From Eledone cirrhosa (lineage: Eukaryota): a DNA stretch of 64,000 nucleotides. Each line of letters begins with the position of its first letter. The stretch's first letter is position 1. Location of the stretch: contig OZ024744.1 in NCBI GenBank assembly GCA_964016885.1, positions 64,232,001-64,296,000 on the forward strand. The letters are read 5' to 3'. The translations under genes and the position numbers were made by a program. Shown here in pieces: positions 13,101-25,900 of this stretch. Below the pieces are notes generated by a model. That model was given only the letters and a program-made list of their open reading frames with translations. It did not search any database and was not told the DNA's origin.

Positions 13101-14380
13101 AGCCATTATGTATATATGTGTGTGTGTATGTGGGGGTGTCTGTGTATGTATGTATGTGGGGGGTGTCTGTGTGTGTGTGTGTTTGTATGTATGTATTTAT
13201 GTGTGTGTGTCTATGGTCTGTATCTATGTATGTAAGTATGTATATGTATGTGTATGTGGTGGTGTCTGTGTGTGTGTACACTTTCAAATTAACATACTCA
13301 CCTCTATGTTGACTCACACATACTTATCTATACATATATGGAGAGTCAATTATCTATATCTTTATGCATACACATTCCTGTTTGTATACATACAAGCTCA
13401 TATGTATTTATATTCAGATATAGTTGTTTCTACTTTAGGCACAAGGCTAGCAATTACCCAGTGCATTACTGGTACTTTCTTTTATCGGCCCCGTAAGGAT
13501 GAAAGGCAAAGTAAGATATAGTGATATATATTTACACAGACAGAAACATTTATACATGAACTCAGTTATATAGACAATACAAACACATGTTGAATACATT
13601 TGTTCATATATGTATGATACAATTATCAGAATAGCCTGCTTGTGAAATTAACATGGTAGAAGTTGATCATTCCACAGACACATGTTCCTCAGGGAGATTC
13701 AGTGTGACACAGAATGTGACAAGGCTGGCCCATCGAATTGCAGGTGCAACTCAATTTTTCCAGCTGAGTGGACTGGAGAAACATGAAATAAAGTATCTTG
13801 CTGAAGGACACAATGTGCTGCTTGCAATCGAACACATGACCGTAAGATTGTGAGCTGAATACCTTAATCACTAACCTCTGTACCTTTACAGTGATAACAT
13901 GTATACCACAGAAAATAAAGATTTTAAACTGTATTTTTCTTTTTCTTCTTCTTCTTGGATGTTATCCAACCATCTTGCTCATGGTCTACCCCTGGGTCTC
14001 CTGTCGGTTGATTTTGCCCATAAAATCTGTCCATTGATTCTTTACTGAGACATTCTAACCACATGCCCATTGTATCGGAGATGTGATCTCTCAATTCGGA
14101 GAAGTAGCGGCTCAACCTGGAGTGACTCTCTGATCTCCAAGCTTCGCACCCAGGTAGAAAACAATAAAATAAAATTTAAATGATGAATACCACAGATGTT
14201 ATGGAAAACCATTGATATTAAATATAATAATCCTATATTTGATCCTGGAACCATCTTTGTGCAATATGGATAGGGCAGTGGAAGGGAAAGCATCATCACA
14301 GAATTTAGTTTTAGTGGGTGTGTTGAAATTTGTTCAGGATTAACTTCACTTTTCTTCTCTCCAGCTGGAGTTTCTGGTTA

Positions 14381-14500
14381 GTTAACCTTTAGCACGCTGA
14401 ATTTTTTTTATGAATTGCTTCCCTTGACACTGCATTATGTATTTAGGGGAGATTACTCTATCGGCGACATAAGGCAATTAGAGCGCACTGAAGGTTTAAA
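14381..14500. mobile_element. Short TTAA-type MITE (second copy at about 34650-34762)
   Basis: ttaacctttagcacgct ... agcgcactgaaggtttaa ends; internal homology to 34650-34762. Confidence 0.5.
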
Positions 14501-16377
14501 TTCCACAAAGGTGGTGGTGGATTGGCAGAATGTCTTGTAGTATTTGTTCTGGCTCTTTATTTTCTGAGTGTACTAACCCTTGAACAAGATCTGCGTTATG
14601 GAGAGGAGAGATTTGCTATATGAACAACTGTTAGTCTTCTAAAAAAAAAAAAAAAAAATATTCAAGCTTCTGTTACAGAGAACTTTCCAAATGAAATTTC
14701 ATGGTCAGCGTTGACTGATTCAGGCCTTAGACAGGCTGATAGATAGATACATACTTAGTACTTTATAAACTGACATTATGTAAGGCACGTGGATTGGCAG
14801 TATCGGTGGAGCATCGGACATGAAGTTATGCCACTTTTGTTTTGAGTTCAAATCCTGCCGAGGTTAGCTTTGCCTTTCATCCTTACAGGGTCAATAAAAT
14901 AAAGCACCGGTAATGAACTGGGGTTGATTTAATTGACTTTCCTGTCCCCTAAAATTGCTGGCCTTGTGCCTAAAGAAGAAACAATTATGTAAAGCATCTG
15001 GCTGAGTGGTTAGAGAATTGAATTCGCAATTGTGAGTTTGTGAGTTCGATTCCCGATGCGTTACATCCTTGAGCAAAACACTTTATTTCACGTTACTACT
15101 CCTGCCTGGATTTGTGACCAGTAGATAGTATTAGAAATTGAAAAGACCAATGGAAACATTGTTTCTTAGGTCCGATTTGACAAGCTGGAATCTTGCCGAG
15201 CAACTGTTATAAACACTTGATTGCTTAATTTTGCTCATATTCAAATTTGAAACCACCCACTTAATAAGTTTCCAAAAATCCCTAAGGAATATAAGTTTAA
15301 GCTTTAATTATTAACATCCTGTAATAATTACGTGATACATATTTAAAAAATGTTAAAAGGGTTTTGTTAATTCAAATGTTTATAGTATTTTTAGAGGATA
15401 GGCTGGTTGTTGTAAAAATTCGAGATATTGAAGAAAAGACTTTAATTTTTAATATGATGCATTCATAGTTATTGTTTTGTACTTTTAAGAGTTAATATCA
15501 AAACTGTAATTTAATATAAGTTTATATAATTAATGATTCATTATTATTCTCAATACATATAAGGTACTAAAAAGGTTTGCTACTCCTGCACTATATGATC
15601 GCTTGACCGGTTGAAAATAGTAGCCACATCTCCCTCAAATCAATCTGATATACAAGAGAAGGTGGTCATGGCTGGAATGCCGTTGGTTATAAGAGTGCTC
15701 AATTTAATAATCCTAGGGCTAAACGACTATTTCTTTCAGTACCAAATAAAAGGGAGATAACTACAGAAACTTAATATGATAGATAATCTGACGACGGTGG
15801 GGTGGCAGCGACAGCAACGACAGTAATTTATTTATTTATTGTTACTGTTTAGTCATAGAGAGAAGGAGAATGCAGATGACCTCTTTTCAAGGCTTCTGAG
15901 ACTGGTTTGAGGGAAGTATACTTAACCGAAGACCTGGCTCAAATGTTTGCAACAATATGGACCCTGCCAAAGGCAATTGAGGGTCAGATGGTGGTGTTGA
16001 ATTAAGCTTAATTCTATCTCCCAAATGATGATCATTTCTATGATGGTGGAGATATCAGTGGTGACAATGATAGAAGATAAAGGAGTAGTAATGATGGTGG
16101 TGCTAGTAGGGATGAAAACAGTGCCTTAATTTAGGACAAACGAGGCCCCTTACTTGCAAAAAATTCATCTTAAAAAGTTATTTTGGCAGAAAGATGCCCC
16201 CACTCCTGGCTAACGGGGACCTGTGGTAAAGCACACATAAGCACAATGGTAAATCCAGCACTGGATGATAATGAAAGTGATGGTGGTGAGGCTTATGAAT
16301 TCATCATGTATATTTATTTTAAGTTGCTTTAAAAACTTTTTTAAAACGTTTTTCTTCTTTAGGTCTTGTGGAATCAT

Positions 16378-16720
16378 TTCATCATTTTCATTTCATTTTT
16401 ACGTCCGCTTTTCCCTGCTTGCAAGGGTGGGACGGGAACTGATTCTGGCTTGATTTCTACAGCTGGATGCCCTTCCTAACACCAACCTCATTTACAGTGA
16501 GTGCTGGGTGCTTTTTTGCCGTGGCACCTCCACAACCACTTTGCAGTGGAATGATATGGACCCCAGTCCCTATCATCTCATTTCTACAGCTGAGTAAACT
16601 GGAGCAATGTAAAATAAAGTGTCTTGCTCAAGGAAACAACACATCACCCGGTCTGAGAATTGAACTCACAATCGTTTGATTGCAAGGCCAATGCTCTAAC
16701 CACTAAGCCATGTGCCTCCA
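16378..16720 (-). mobile_element. tRNA-headed SINE with a conserved central domain and an RTE-derived 3' tail (partial + copy at 60775-61075)
   Basis: Head ggaggcacatggcttagtggttagagc...gagttcaattc (A and B boxes); central cttgagcaagacactttatt domain; tail nearly identical to the RTE 3' UTR (gttaggaagggcatccagctgtagaaatcaagccagaatcag). Confidence 0.85.
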
Positions 16721-16796
16721 TATATATTTATTCATATATTAATTGACTGTTGCTTTTTAATTTCTCTTTTCTTTTTTTAATGTCCTTCTTGTGCAG

Positions 16797-16929
16797 GTCT
16801 TGTGGAAGTGTCTTTGATGCACCCTCTTGATTTAATTAAAACAAGGTTTCAAATTCAAAGAGGACCAGATGATCCAAATAGATATTCTTCTTTGTTTGAT
16901 TGTTTCAAAAAAATTTCCAAAAATGAAGG
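16797..16929 (+). CDS. SLC25A21: SLC25A21 coding exon (GLVEVSLMHPLDLIKTRFQIQRGPDDPNRYSSLFDCFKKISKNEG)
   Basis: Pyrimidine tract and tgcag acceptor; gtaagt donor; first PX[DE]XX[KR] motif. Confidence 0.95.
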
Positions 16930-19900
16930 GTAAGTCCTTGCCACCTCACATCACTTCAGTTATCATCATTATCAACCTTTAATGTTCATTTTCCCTGCTA
17001 GCCAGTGTCAGATGGGACCTCACAGACCAAATTAATACTTAATCAGAACTACTGATCTTTCAGATGGGTCAGGAGTCCATCTCATTTACATATATTCCCA
17101 AATTCTACAGTGTGGCATATCTTTTATTATGGCACCAGCTTTAGAGCAGTCATCGTGTTTCTCACTGCGATAGACTGGTGTCATATCCAGGGAGAGTCTT
17201 GTACTCTGTCACTTAATGCCAAGGTAACAGGGGATAAACACTGGCCTGATTAACCTTCGGTGGAGAACAGAGTTTAGCTAACAAAACATATCTCTCACAC
17301 AACTGAAGGGTCCTCTTTATCTTCTGTTTGGCAAGTTTTCTATGCCTGAATGCCCTTCTTATCATCGACCACTTTACAGAGTGTACTGGGTGTATTTTAT
17401 CAACAATCCAGTACTAAAGAGATCGTCATTGTCCTTGACACAGCTGAAGAAAGAAATAGAAAAATGTAAATGTTAAAAAAGACAATCAGTAAAAGCAAGA
17501 TAGATCGTTAAATGTATAGGTTGTAAGTTCAAATCCACTGCCATCATTTCATTGTTTCTGGACCGTACATACCTTCCATCAGGCATCTACCATACTCTGA
17601 ATACCTTGCTTCCTTGGGCATGCATGCATGTGTGTATGTAGTGAGGGATGGAGGGATGCCTTGATTTCCTGGGCATGCATGTATGCATGTGTGTGTATGT
17701 ATGTATTTATTTATGTATGTTCTTCTGGTTTTATAATTTTATAAATGTTCACCAATAGAGAGAGAATCAGTTTCTAACATAGACACAAGACACTCTCATT
17801 GGAATTTACACAACATCAACTAGGTAGATATGTATGTATGTCTGCAAACTTACATGTGTGTGCAGGTATGGATGTTATTGTATGTGCGTTTGTGTGGTGT
17901 GGTGTATGTGTGTGTGTGTGTGCATGTGTATCATCTTCATCCTCTCCTTTACTCCCTTTCCTCGTTCTTTCCTCTTTCTCTCTTCCACACATCCAATATA
18001 TTTTTGTGTGTGTGTGTGTGCATGCATGTTTGTGTGTGTGCACATGCATGCGTGTGTGTGTTTGTGTGTAGACATAAATCAATAAATATATCAATATATT
18101 TGATCTAATTTTATTTTGATTTCAGAATGTTAGGATTTTATAAGGGAATTCTTCCTCCATTACTTGCAGAAACACCCAAAAGAGCAACCAAATTTTTTGC
18201 ATTTGAAAGATATAAGAATTTGTTTGCATATGGGGGACATATACCTCACCCAATGGTAAGCTTTGAGATTTAGCAGTTTTCTTTTTCAATGTTAATAACA
18301 GGACCTTAGTTAACTCTTAACATCCTGTAAGGATTTAGGAGAAAGTATTTAAAAATGGGTTTGGGGTTAGGGTTAATTCAAATATTTATAGTAGGTTTAC
18401 TGGTGGACAGATTTTTGTGAAAATCTACATTATTAGTGTAAAGACATTTTTTTTAATGAGTTGCATTCATAGTGCTGTTTTGTAAGTTTCATTGATGTCT
18501 TGCTAATATAGTTTTATGTGGCACAGTATATTAAAAGTTAAAGGACAGGAGAACCAAATAAATGTTAACCAAACTCCGTTGGTACATTTAGGAACTTCAA
18601 CTGTAAATGGATGAGCCCTAGTTGCCAATCTGGTTCTCTGTTTAAACTTGTGAAGACAAGGCAACAAAGAGAAAAGCTCATCAGAACAATTCCCATGAAA
18701 ATATTTATAAAAAAGGCAAAGAGAGGCAACATTTTGACTGTGTGATTGTGATATTACTGTTTCTATACTCTAGCAATCTGGCTGGAGATACATCAAATAA
18801 AGTGTTTTGGTCAAGAGTAATATACTCATATAGTATGTCTAGTATATAATATATTGTTGAGCTCAGGCATGATGAACCTACAGGATTGGGACAGACTTTA
18901 ACTTTTAAATTAGGCTCTACTCACCAATTTTACCTGGTATATTGATTTTGAGGAACTCTTTATCTAGTCATTTGACCTGTTAAAAATAGCAGGTAACTCT
19001 CCTTCAAACCATATCATCCCTTAATGTCTTATAAAAAAAAAATGGCACATTGGATGATGTTACCCTGATGTGGCCATGGCTGGAGTGTTGTTGGATTTCA
19101 TGTCTGTCTGCTCTATCAGAGAAGGCCTGGGGTTAAACAACACCAACAGCTACTTCATTGGATGAAGTTTGAAATCCTCTGGCGGTATGCCATCAGAACT
19201 TTGTGTTTTCCCTCCAAATTACCTTTTCTTGGCTGCTTCATACTGATAGCTATTGTGAAAAGCTCTGAGTATATTCGCATATATTCCCATAGAACCATTA
19301 TGCTTACACTGTTCCTCTTCTAATTTCCTAGGTTTTGACTCTAGCAGGACTATTTTCAGGATTAACTGAAGCTGTTATTATCAATCCTTTTGAAGTGGTG
19401 AAAGTCAAATTACAGGCAGAAAGGAACCAGGTGAAGCAGGTAAGTTTACTACTACTACTAATACTAATACTTTTTCTCCTCCTCTTCCAACATAACTCCC
19501 TTACAGGGTGGACTGGGTGCTTTTTTGTCATGTCACCAGCATGACCACCTTACAGGGTGTACTGCACACTTTTTCATCATGTATAGGATGACCACCTCAC
19601 TGGGTGGACTGGGTGCTGTTTGTCGTGTTACCAGCATAATCCCCTTACATGGTGGACTGGGTGCTTTTTTGTCGTGGTATCAGTACAACCACATTACAGG
19701 GTGAACTGGGTGCCTTTTCATCGTGTCACTAGCACGACCACCTTACAATAATTATATATTTGTAATTTGAAAATGTGAGTGTCCCAATGCAGAAAATGAC
19801 TGTAATAACAATTGATCTCTTTTAAATGAAGGCCCCATTCGGTCACGAATAACCATTATTTTGCACCTAGAAAGTTTCCCTCTGAGGCACAAGGCTTGGC

Positions 19901-22900
19901 AATTTTGTTTTGTGGAAGACCAGTAGTCACCCATGCATACCTGTCTCCCCTCTACACACCACCAATGTTGTCTAAGGGAAAGGTAATGACCAATACAGCT
20001 TGGTGCCTGTGACATTACAACTCATTTCTACAGTTGAGTAAACTGGAGCAACATGAAATAAAGTGTCTTGCTCAAGGACACAATGCACCACCCAGTCTGA
20101 GAATTGAACTCACAACCTCTCAATTGCAAGCCCAATGCTCTAACCACTAAGCCATGCATCTTCACTAAATATTAGTTGAGAAAATTAGGTAAAATAACTC
20201 TAGAGATAGAAAAAACAAGTAGACAGAATCCCTAAAGATAATTTACCCAATTTTTTCCAACTATTGATTAAAGTGTTCAGCTGTTATTTCAGTAATTTTC
20301 TTTGTTGGAACACTCACATTTTCATATTCTAAACTCTACCATCATCATCATTATCATCATCATCATTTTACGTCCATTTTCCACACTAGCAATTTTTCAT
20401 AAATCGTAAAATATATTTGTAATTAATTATAGTTATATTTTTTCTTAAATTCTGAACAGCAAAGCAACACCATTGCTACTGCCAGAGAAATATTGAAGAC
20501 TCATGGTTTTGGTTCCAAAGGGTTAAATAAAGGATTGACGTCAACTTTAGGCCGTCATGGAGTCTTCAATATGATTTATTTCAGCCTCTACCATAATGTG
20601 AAGAATTCACTTCCTGAAACTGAGGTAAAAAAAAAATCATTTAATTTATTAATTTATTTGGTATCCACCATGTTAGAGTGAAAACATATTTTGTTTTTAA
20701 TTCTCGGCGATGCTGGCCCTAAAATCACTCGGTATGCAAATTAGGCTAATCAGCTGATGTAAACATTTGAGAATACTATGTATTCTCAGCAATTCCAGCA
20801 GGTAGCAGTTATGAGAATACACCTTCTCAATAAGGAGCAAAAACTCTGAAACAATTGTCGACTGTTTTCTCTCAGCTATCGCTGGAACAAAAGGATGACG
20901 TTGGTCATCTAGAAAACACAGATGGTGTTAATGAGGTTGTTTGCTTACAAATAAACCAAATATTAATAATGGTGGTGGTATTGTTGGTGGTGATGATGAT
21001 CGTGTTGATTTAAAACTTTAAGATAATTATTTTCTTTTTTTTCAGGACAAATTTTTTGAATTTTTAAGGAAATTTTTTATTGGCTTTATTTCTGGTGTTC
21101 TTGGATCTTGTGTTAACATTCCATTTGATGTTGCTAAAAGTCGTATCCAAGGGCCACAGCCAATTCCCGGGGAAGTAAAGTATCGACAATGTTTCCAAAC
21201 CATTGGACTGATTTATAAAGAAGAAGGGTAAGATCAAAGTTAATTAATATATAATGGTCTAATGTAATATATATACAGGCAGTGAAGGTGGTCTAATGAA
21301 GTATATATACAGGCAGTGAAGGTGGTCTAATGTAGTATATATACAGGCTGTAAAGGTGGTCTAATGTAGTATATATACAGGCAGTGAAGGTGGTCTAATG
21401 TAGTATATATACAGGCAGTGAAGGTGGTCTAATGAAGTATATATACAGGCAGTGAAGGTGGTCTAATGTAGTATATATACACAGGCAGTAAAGGTGGTCT
21501 AATGTAATATATATACAGGCAGTGAAGGTGGTCTAATGAAGTATATATACAGGTTGTAAAGGTGGTCTAATGTAATATATATACAGGCAGTGAAGGTGGT
21601 CTAATGAAGTATATATACAGGCAGTGAAGGTGGTCTAATGTAGTATATATAGAGGCAGTGAAGGTGGTCTAATGAAGTATATATACAGGCAGTGAAGGTG
21701 GTCTAATGAAGTATATATACAGGCAGTGAAGGTGGGTCTAATGTAGTATATATACAGGCAGTGAAGGTGGTCTAATGAAGTATATATACAGGCAGTGAAG
21801 GTGGTCTAATGAAGTATATATACAGGCAGTAAAGGTGGTCTAATGAAGTATATATACAGGCAGTGAAGGTGGTCTAATGTAGTATATATACAGGCAGTGA
21901 AGGTGGGTCTAATGAAGTATATATACAGGCAGTGAAGGTGGTCTAATGAAGTATATATACAGGCAGTGAAGGTGGTCTAATGTAGTATATATATACAGGC
22001 AGTAAAGGTGGTCTAATGTAATATATATACAGGCAGTAAAGGTGGTCTAATGAAGTATATATACAGGTTGTAAAGGTGGTCTAATGAAGTATATATACAG
22101 GCAGTGAAGGTGGTCTAATGTAATATATATACAGGCAGTGAAGGTGGTCTAATGAAGTATATATACAGGCTGTAAAGGTGGTCTAATGAAGTATATATAC
22201 AGGTTGTAAAGGTGGGTCTAATGAAGTATATATACAGGCAGTGAAGGTGGTCTAATGAAGTATATATACAGGCAGTGAAGGTGGTCTAATGTAATATATA
22301 TACAGGCAGTGAAGGTGGTCTAATGAAGTATATATACAGGCTGTAAAGGTGGTCTAATGAAGTATATATACAGGTTGTAAAGGTGGGTCTAATGAAGTAT
22401 ATATACAGGCAGTGAAGGTGGTCTAATGAAGTATATATACAGGCAGTGAAGGTGGTCTAATGTAGTATATATATACAGGCAGTAAAGGTGGTCTAATGTA
22501 ATATATATACAGGCAGTAAAGGTGGTCTAATGAAGTATATATACAGGTTGTAAAGGTGGTCTAATGAAGTATATATACAGGCAGTGAAGGTGGTCTAATG
22601 TAATATATATACAGGCAGTGAAGGTGGTCTAATGAAGTATATATACAGGCTGTAAAGGTGGTCTAATGAAGTATATATACAGGTTGTAAAGGTGGGTCTA
22701 ATGAAGTATATATACAGGCAGTGAAGGTGGTCTAATGAAGTATATATACAGGCAGTGAAGGTGGTCTAATGTAATATATATACAGGCAGTGAAGGTGGTC
22801 TAATGAAGTATATATACAGGCTGTAAAGGTGGTCTAATGAAGTATATATACAGGTTGTAAAGGTGGGTCTAATGAAGTATATATACAGGCAGTGAAGGTG

Positions 22901-25900
22901 GTCTAATGAAGTATATATACAGGTTGTAAAGGTGGTCTAATGAAGTATATATACAGGTTGTAAAGGTGGTCTAATGAAGTATATATACAGGTTGTAAAGG
23001 TGGTCTAATGAAGTATATATACAGGCAGTGAAGGTGGTCTAATGTAGTATATATACAGGCAGTGAAGGTGGTCTAATGTAATATATATACAGGCAGTGAA
23101 GGTGGTCTAATGTAGTATATATACAGGTTGTAAAGGTGGTCTAATGTAGTATATATACAGGTTGTAAAGGTGGTCTAATGAAGTATATATACAGGCAGTG
23201 AAGGTGGTCTAATGTAGTATATATACAGGCAGTGAAGGTGGTCTAATGAAGTATATATACAGGTTGTAAAGGTGGTCTAATGAAGTATATATATACAGGC
23301 AGTGAAGGTGGTCTAATGTAGTATATATACAGGCAGTGAAGGTGGTCTAATGAAGTATATATACAGGCAGTGAAGGTGGTCTAATGTAGTATATATACAG
23401 GTTGTAAAGGTGGTCTAATGAAGTATATATACAAGCAGTAAAGGTGGTCTAATGTAATATATATACAGGCAGTGAAGGTGGTCTAATGAAGTATATATAC
23501 AGGCAGTGAAGGTGGTCTAATGAAGTATATATACAAGTTATAAAGGTGGCCTAATGAAGTATATATACAAGTTATAAAGGTGGTCTAATGAAGTATATAT
23601 ACAGGTTGTAAAGGTGGTCTAATGTAATATATATACAGGCAGTGAAGGTGGTCTAATGTAGTCTATATACAGGTTGTAAAGGTGGTCTAATGAAGTATAT
23701 ATACAGGTTGTAAAGGTGGTCTAATGTAATATATATACAGGCAGTGAAGGTGGTCTAATGAAGTATATATACAGGCAGTGAAGGTGGTCTAATGAAGTAT
23801 ATATACAGGTTATAAAGGTGGTCTAATGTAATATATATACAGGCAGTGAAGGTGGTCTAATGAAGTATATATACAGGCAGTGAAGGTGGTCTAATGTAGT
23901 ATATATACAGGTTATAAAGGTGGTCTAATGTAATATATATACAGGCAGTGAAGGTGGTCTAATGAAGTATATATACAGGTTGTAAAGGTGGTCTAATGAA
24001 GTATATATACAGGTTGTAAAGGTGGTCTAATGAAGTATATATACAGGCAGTGAAGGTGGTCTAATGTAATATATATACAGGCAGTGAAGGTGGTCTAATG
24101 TAGTCTATATACAGGTTGTAAAGGTGGTCTAATGAAGTATATATACAGGTTATAAAGGTGGTCTAATGTAATATATATACAGGCAGTGAAGGTGGTCTAA
24201 TGTAGTATATATACAGGTTGTAAAGGTGGTCTAATGAAGTATATATATACAGGCAGTAAAGGTGGTCTAATGAAGTATATATACAGGTTATAAAGGTGGT
24301 CTAATGTAGTATATATACAGGCAGTGAAGGTGGTCTAATGAAGTATATATACAGGCAGTGAAGGTGGTCTAATGAAGTATATATACAGGTTGTAAAGGTG
24401 GTCTAATGTAATATATATACAGGCAGTGAAGGTGGTCTAATGTAGTATATATACAGGTTGTAAAGGTGGTCTAATGAAGTATATATACAGGCAGTGAAGG
24501 TGGTCTAATGAAGTATATATACAGGTTGTAAAGGTGGTCTAATGAAGTATATATACAGGTTGTAAAGGTGGTCTAATGAAGTATATATACAGGCAGTGAA
24601 GGTGGTCTAATGAAGTATAAATACAGGTTGTAAAGGTGGTCTAATGAAGTATATATACAGGCAGTGAAGGTGGTCTAATGAAGTATATATACAGGCAGTG
24701 AAGGTGGTCTAATGAAGTATATATACAGGCTGTAAAGGTGGTCTAATGTAGTATATATACAGGCAGTGAAGGTGGTCTAATGAAGTATATATACAGGCAG
24801 TGAAGGTGGTCTAATGAAGTATATATACAGGTTGTAAAGGTGGCCTAATGAAGTATATATACAGGCAGTGAAGGTGGTCTAATGTAGTATATATACAGGT
24901 TGTAAAGGTGGTCTAATGAAGTATATATACAGGCAGTAAAGGTGGTCTAATGAAGTATATATACAGGTTATAAAGGTGGTCTAATGAAGTATATATACAG
25001 GTTGTAAAGGTGGCCTAATGAAGTATATATACAGGCAGTGAAGGTGGTCTAATGTAGTATATATACAGGCTGTAAAGGTTGTCTAATGTAGTATATATAT
25101 ACAGGTTATAAAGGTGGTCTAATGAAGTATATATACAGGTTATAAAGGTGGTCTAATGTAATATATATACAGGCAGTGAAGGTGGTCTAATGAAGTATAT
25201 ATACAGGCAGTGAAGGTGGTCTAATGAAGTATATATACAGGTTGTAAAGGTGGTCTAATGAAGTATATATACAGGCAGTGAAGGTGGTCTAATGAAGTAT
25301 ATATACAGGCAGTGAAGGTGGTCTAATGTAATATATATACAGGCAGTGAAGGTGGTCTAATGAAGTATATATATACAGGTTATAACGGTGGTCTAATGTA
25401 ATATATATACAGGCTGTAAAGGTGGTCTAATGAAGTATATATACAGGCAGTGAAGGTGGTCTAATGTAGTATATATACAGGTTGTAAAGGTGGTCTAATG
25501 AAGTATATATACAGGTTGTAAAGGTGGCCTAATGTAGTATATATATACAGGCAGTGAAGGTGGTCTAATGAAGTATATATACAGGCAGTGAAGGTGGTCT
25601 AATGAAGTATATATACAGGCAGTGAAGGTGGTCTAATGTAGTATATATACAGGCAGTGAAGGTGGTCTAATGAAGTATATATATACAGGCAGTGAAGGTG
25701 GTCTAATGAAGTATATATACAGGTTGTAAAGGTGGTCTAATGAAGTATATATACAGGCAGTGAAGGTGGTCTAATGTAGTATATATACAGGTTGTAAAGG
25801 TGGGTCTAATGAAGTATATATACAGGTTATAAAGGTGGTCTAATGTAGTATATATATACAGGCAGTGAAGGTGGTCTAATGAAGTATATATACAGGCAGT

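Noticed and set aside
12590-13105. GC-richer island between CA/TG repeats as a host exon
   Set aside because: No consistent ORF or recognisable motif; probably an unidentified TE fragment.
20735-20742. Octamer motif ATGCAAAT as a regulatory site
   Set aside because: A single 8-mer is expected by chance in 64 kb of AT-rich DNA and lies within a probable repeat remnant.
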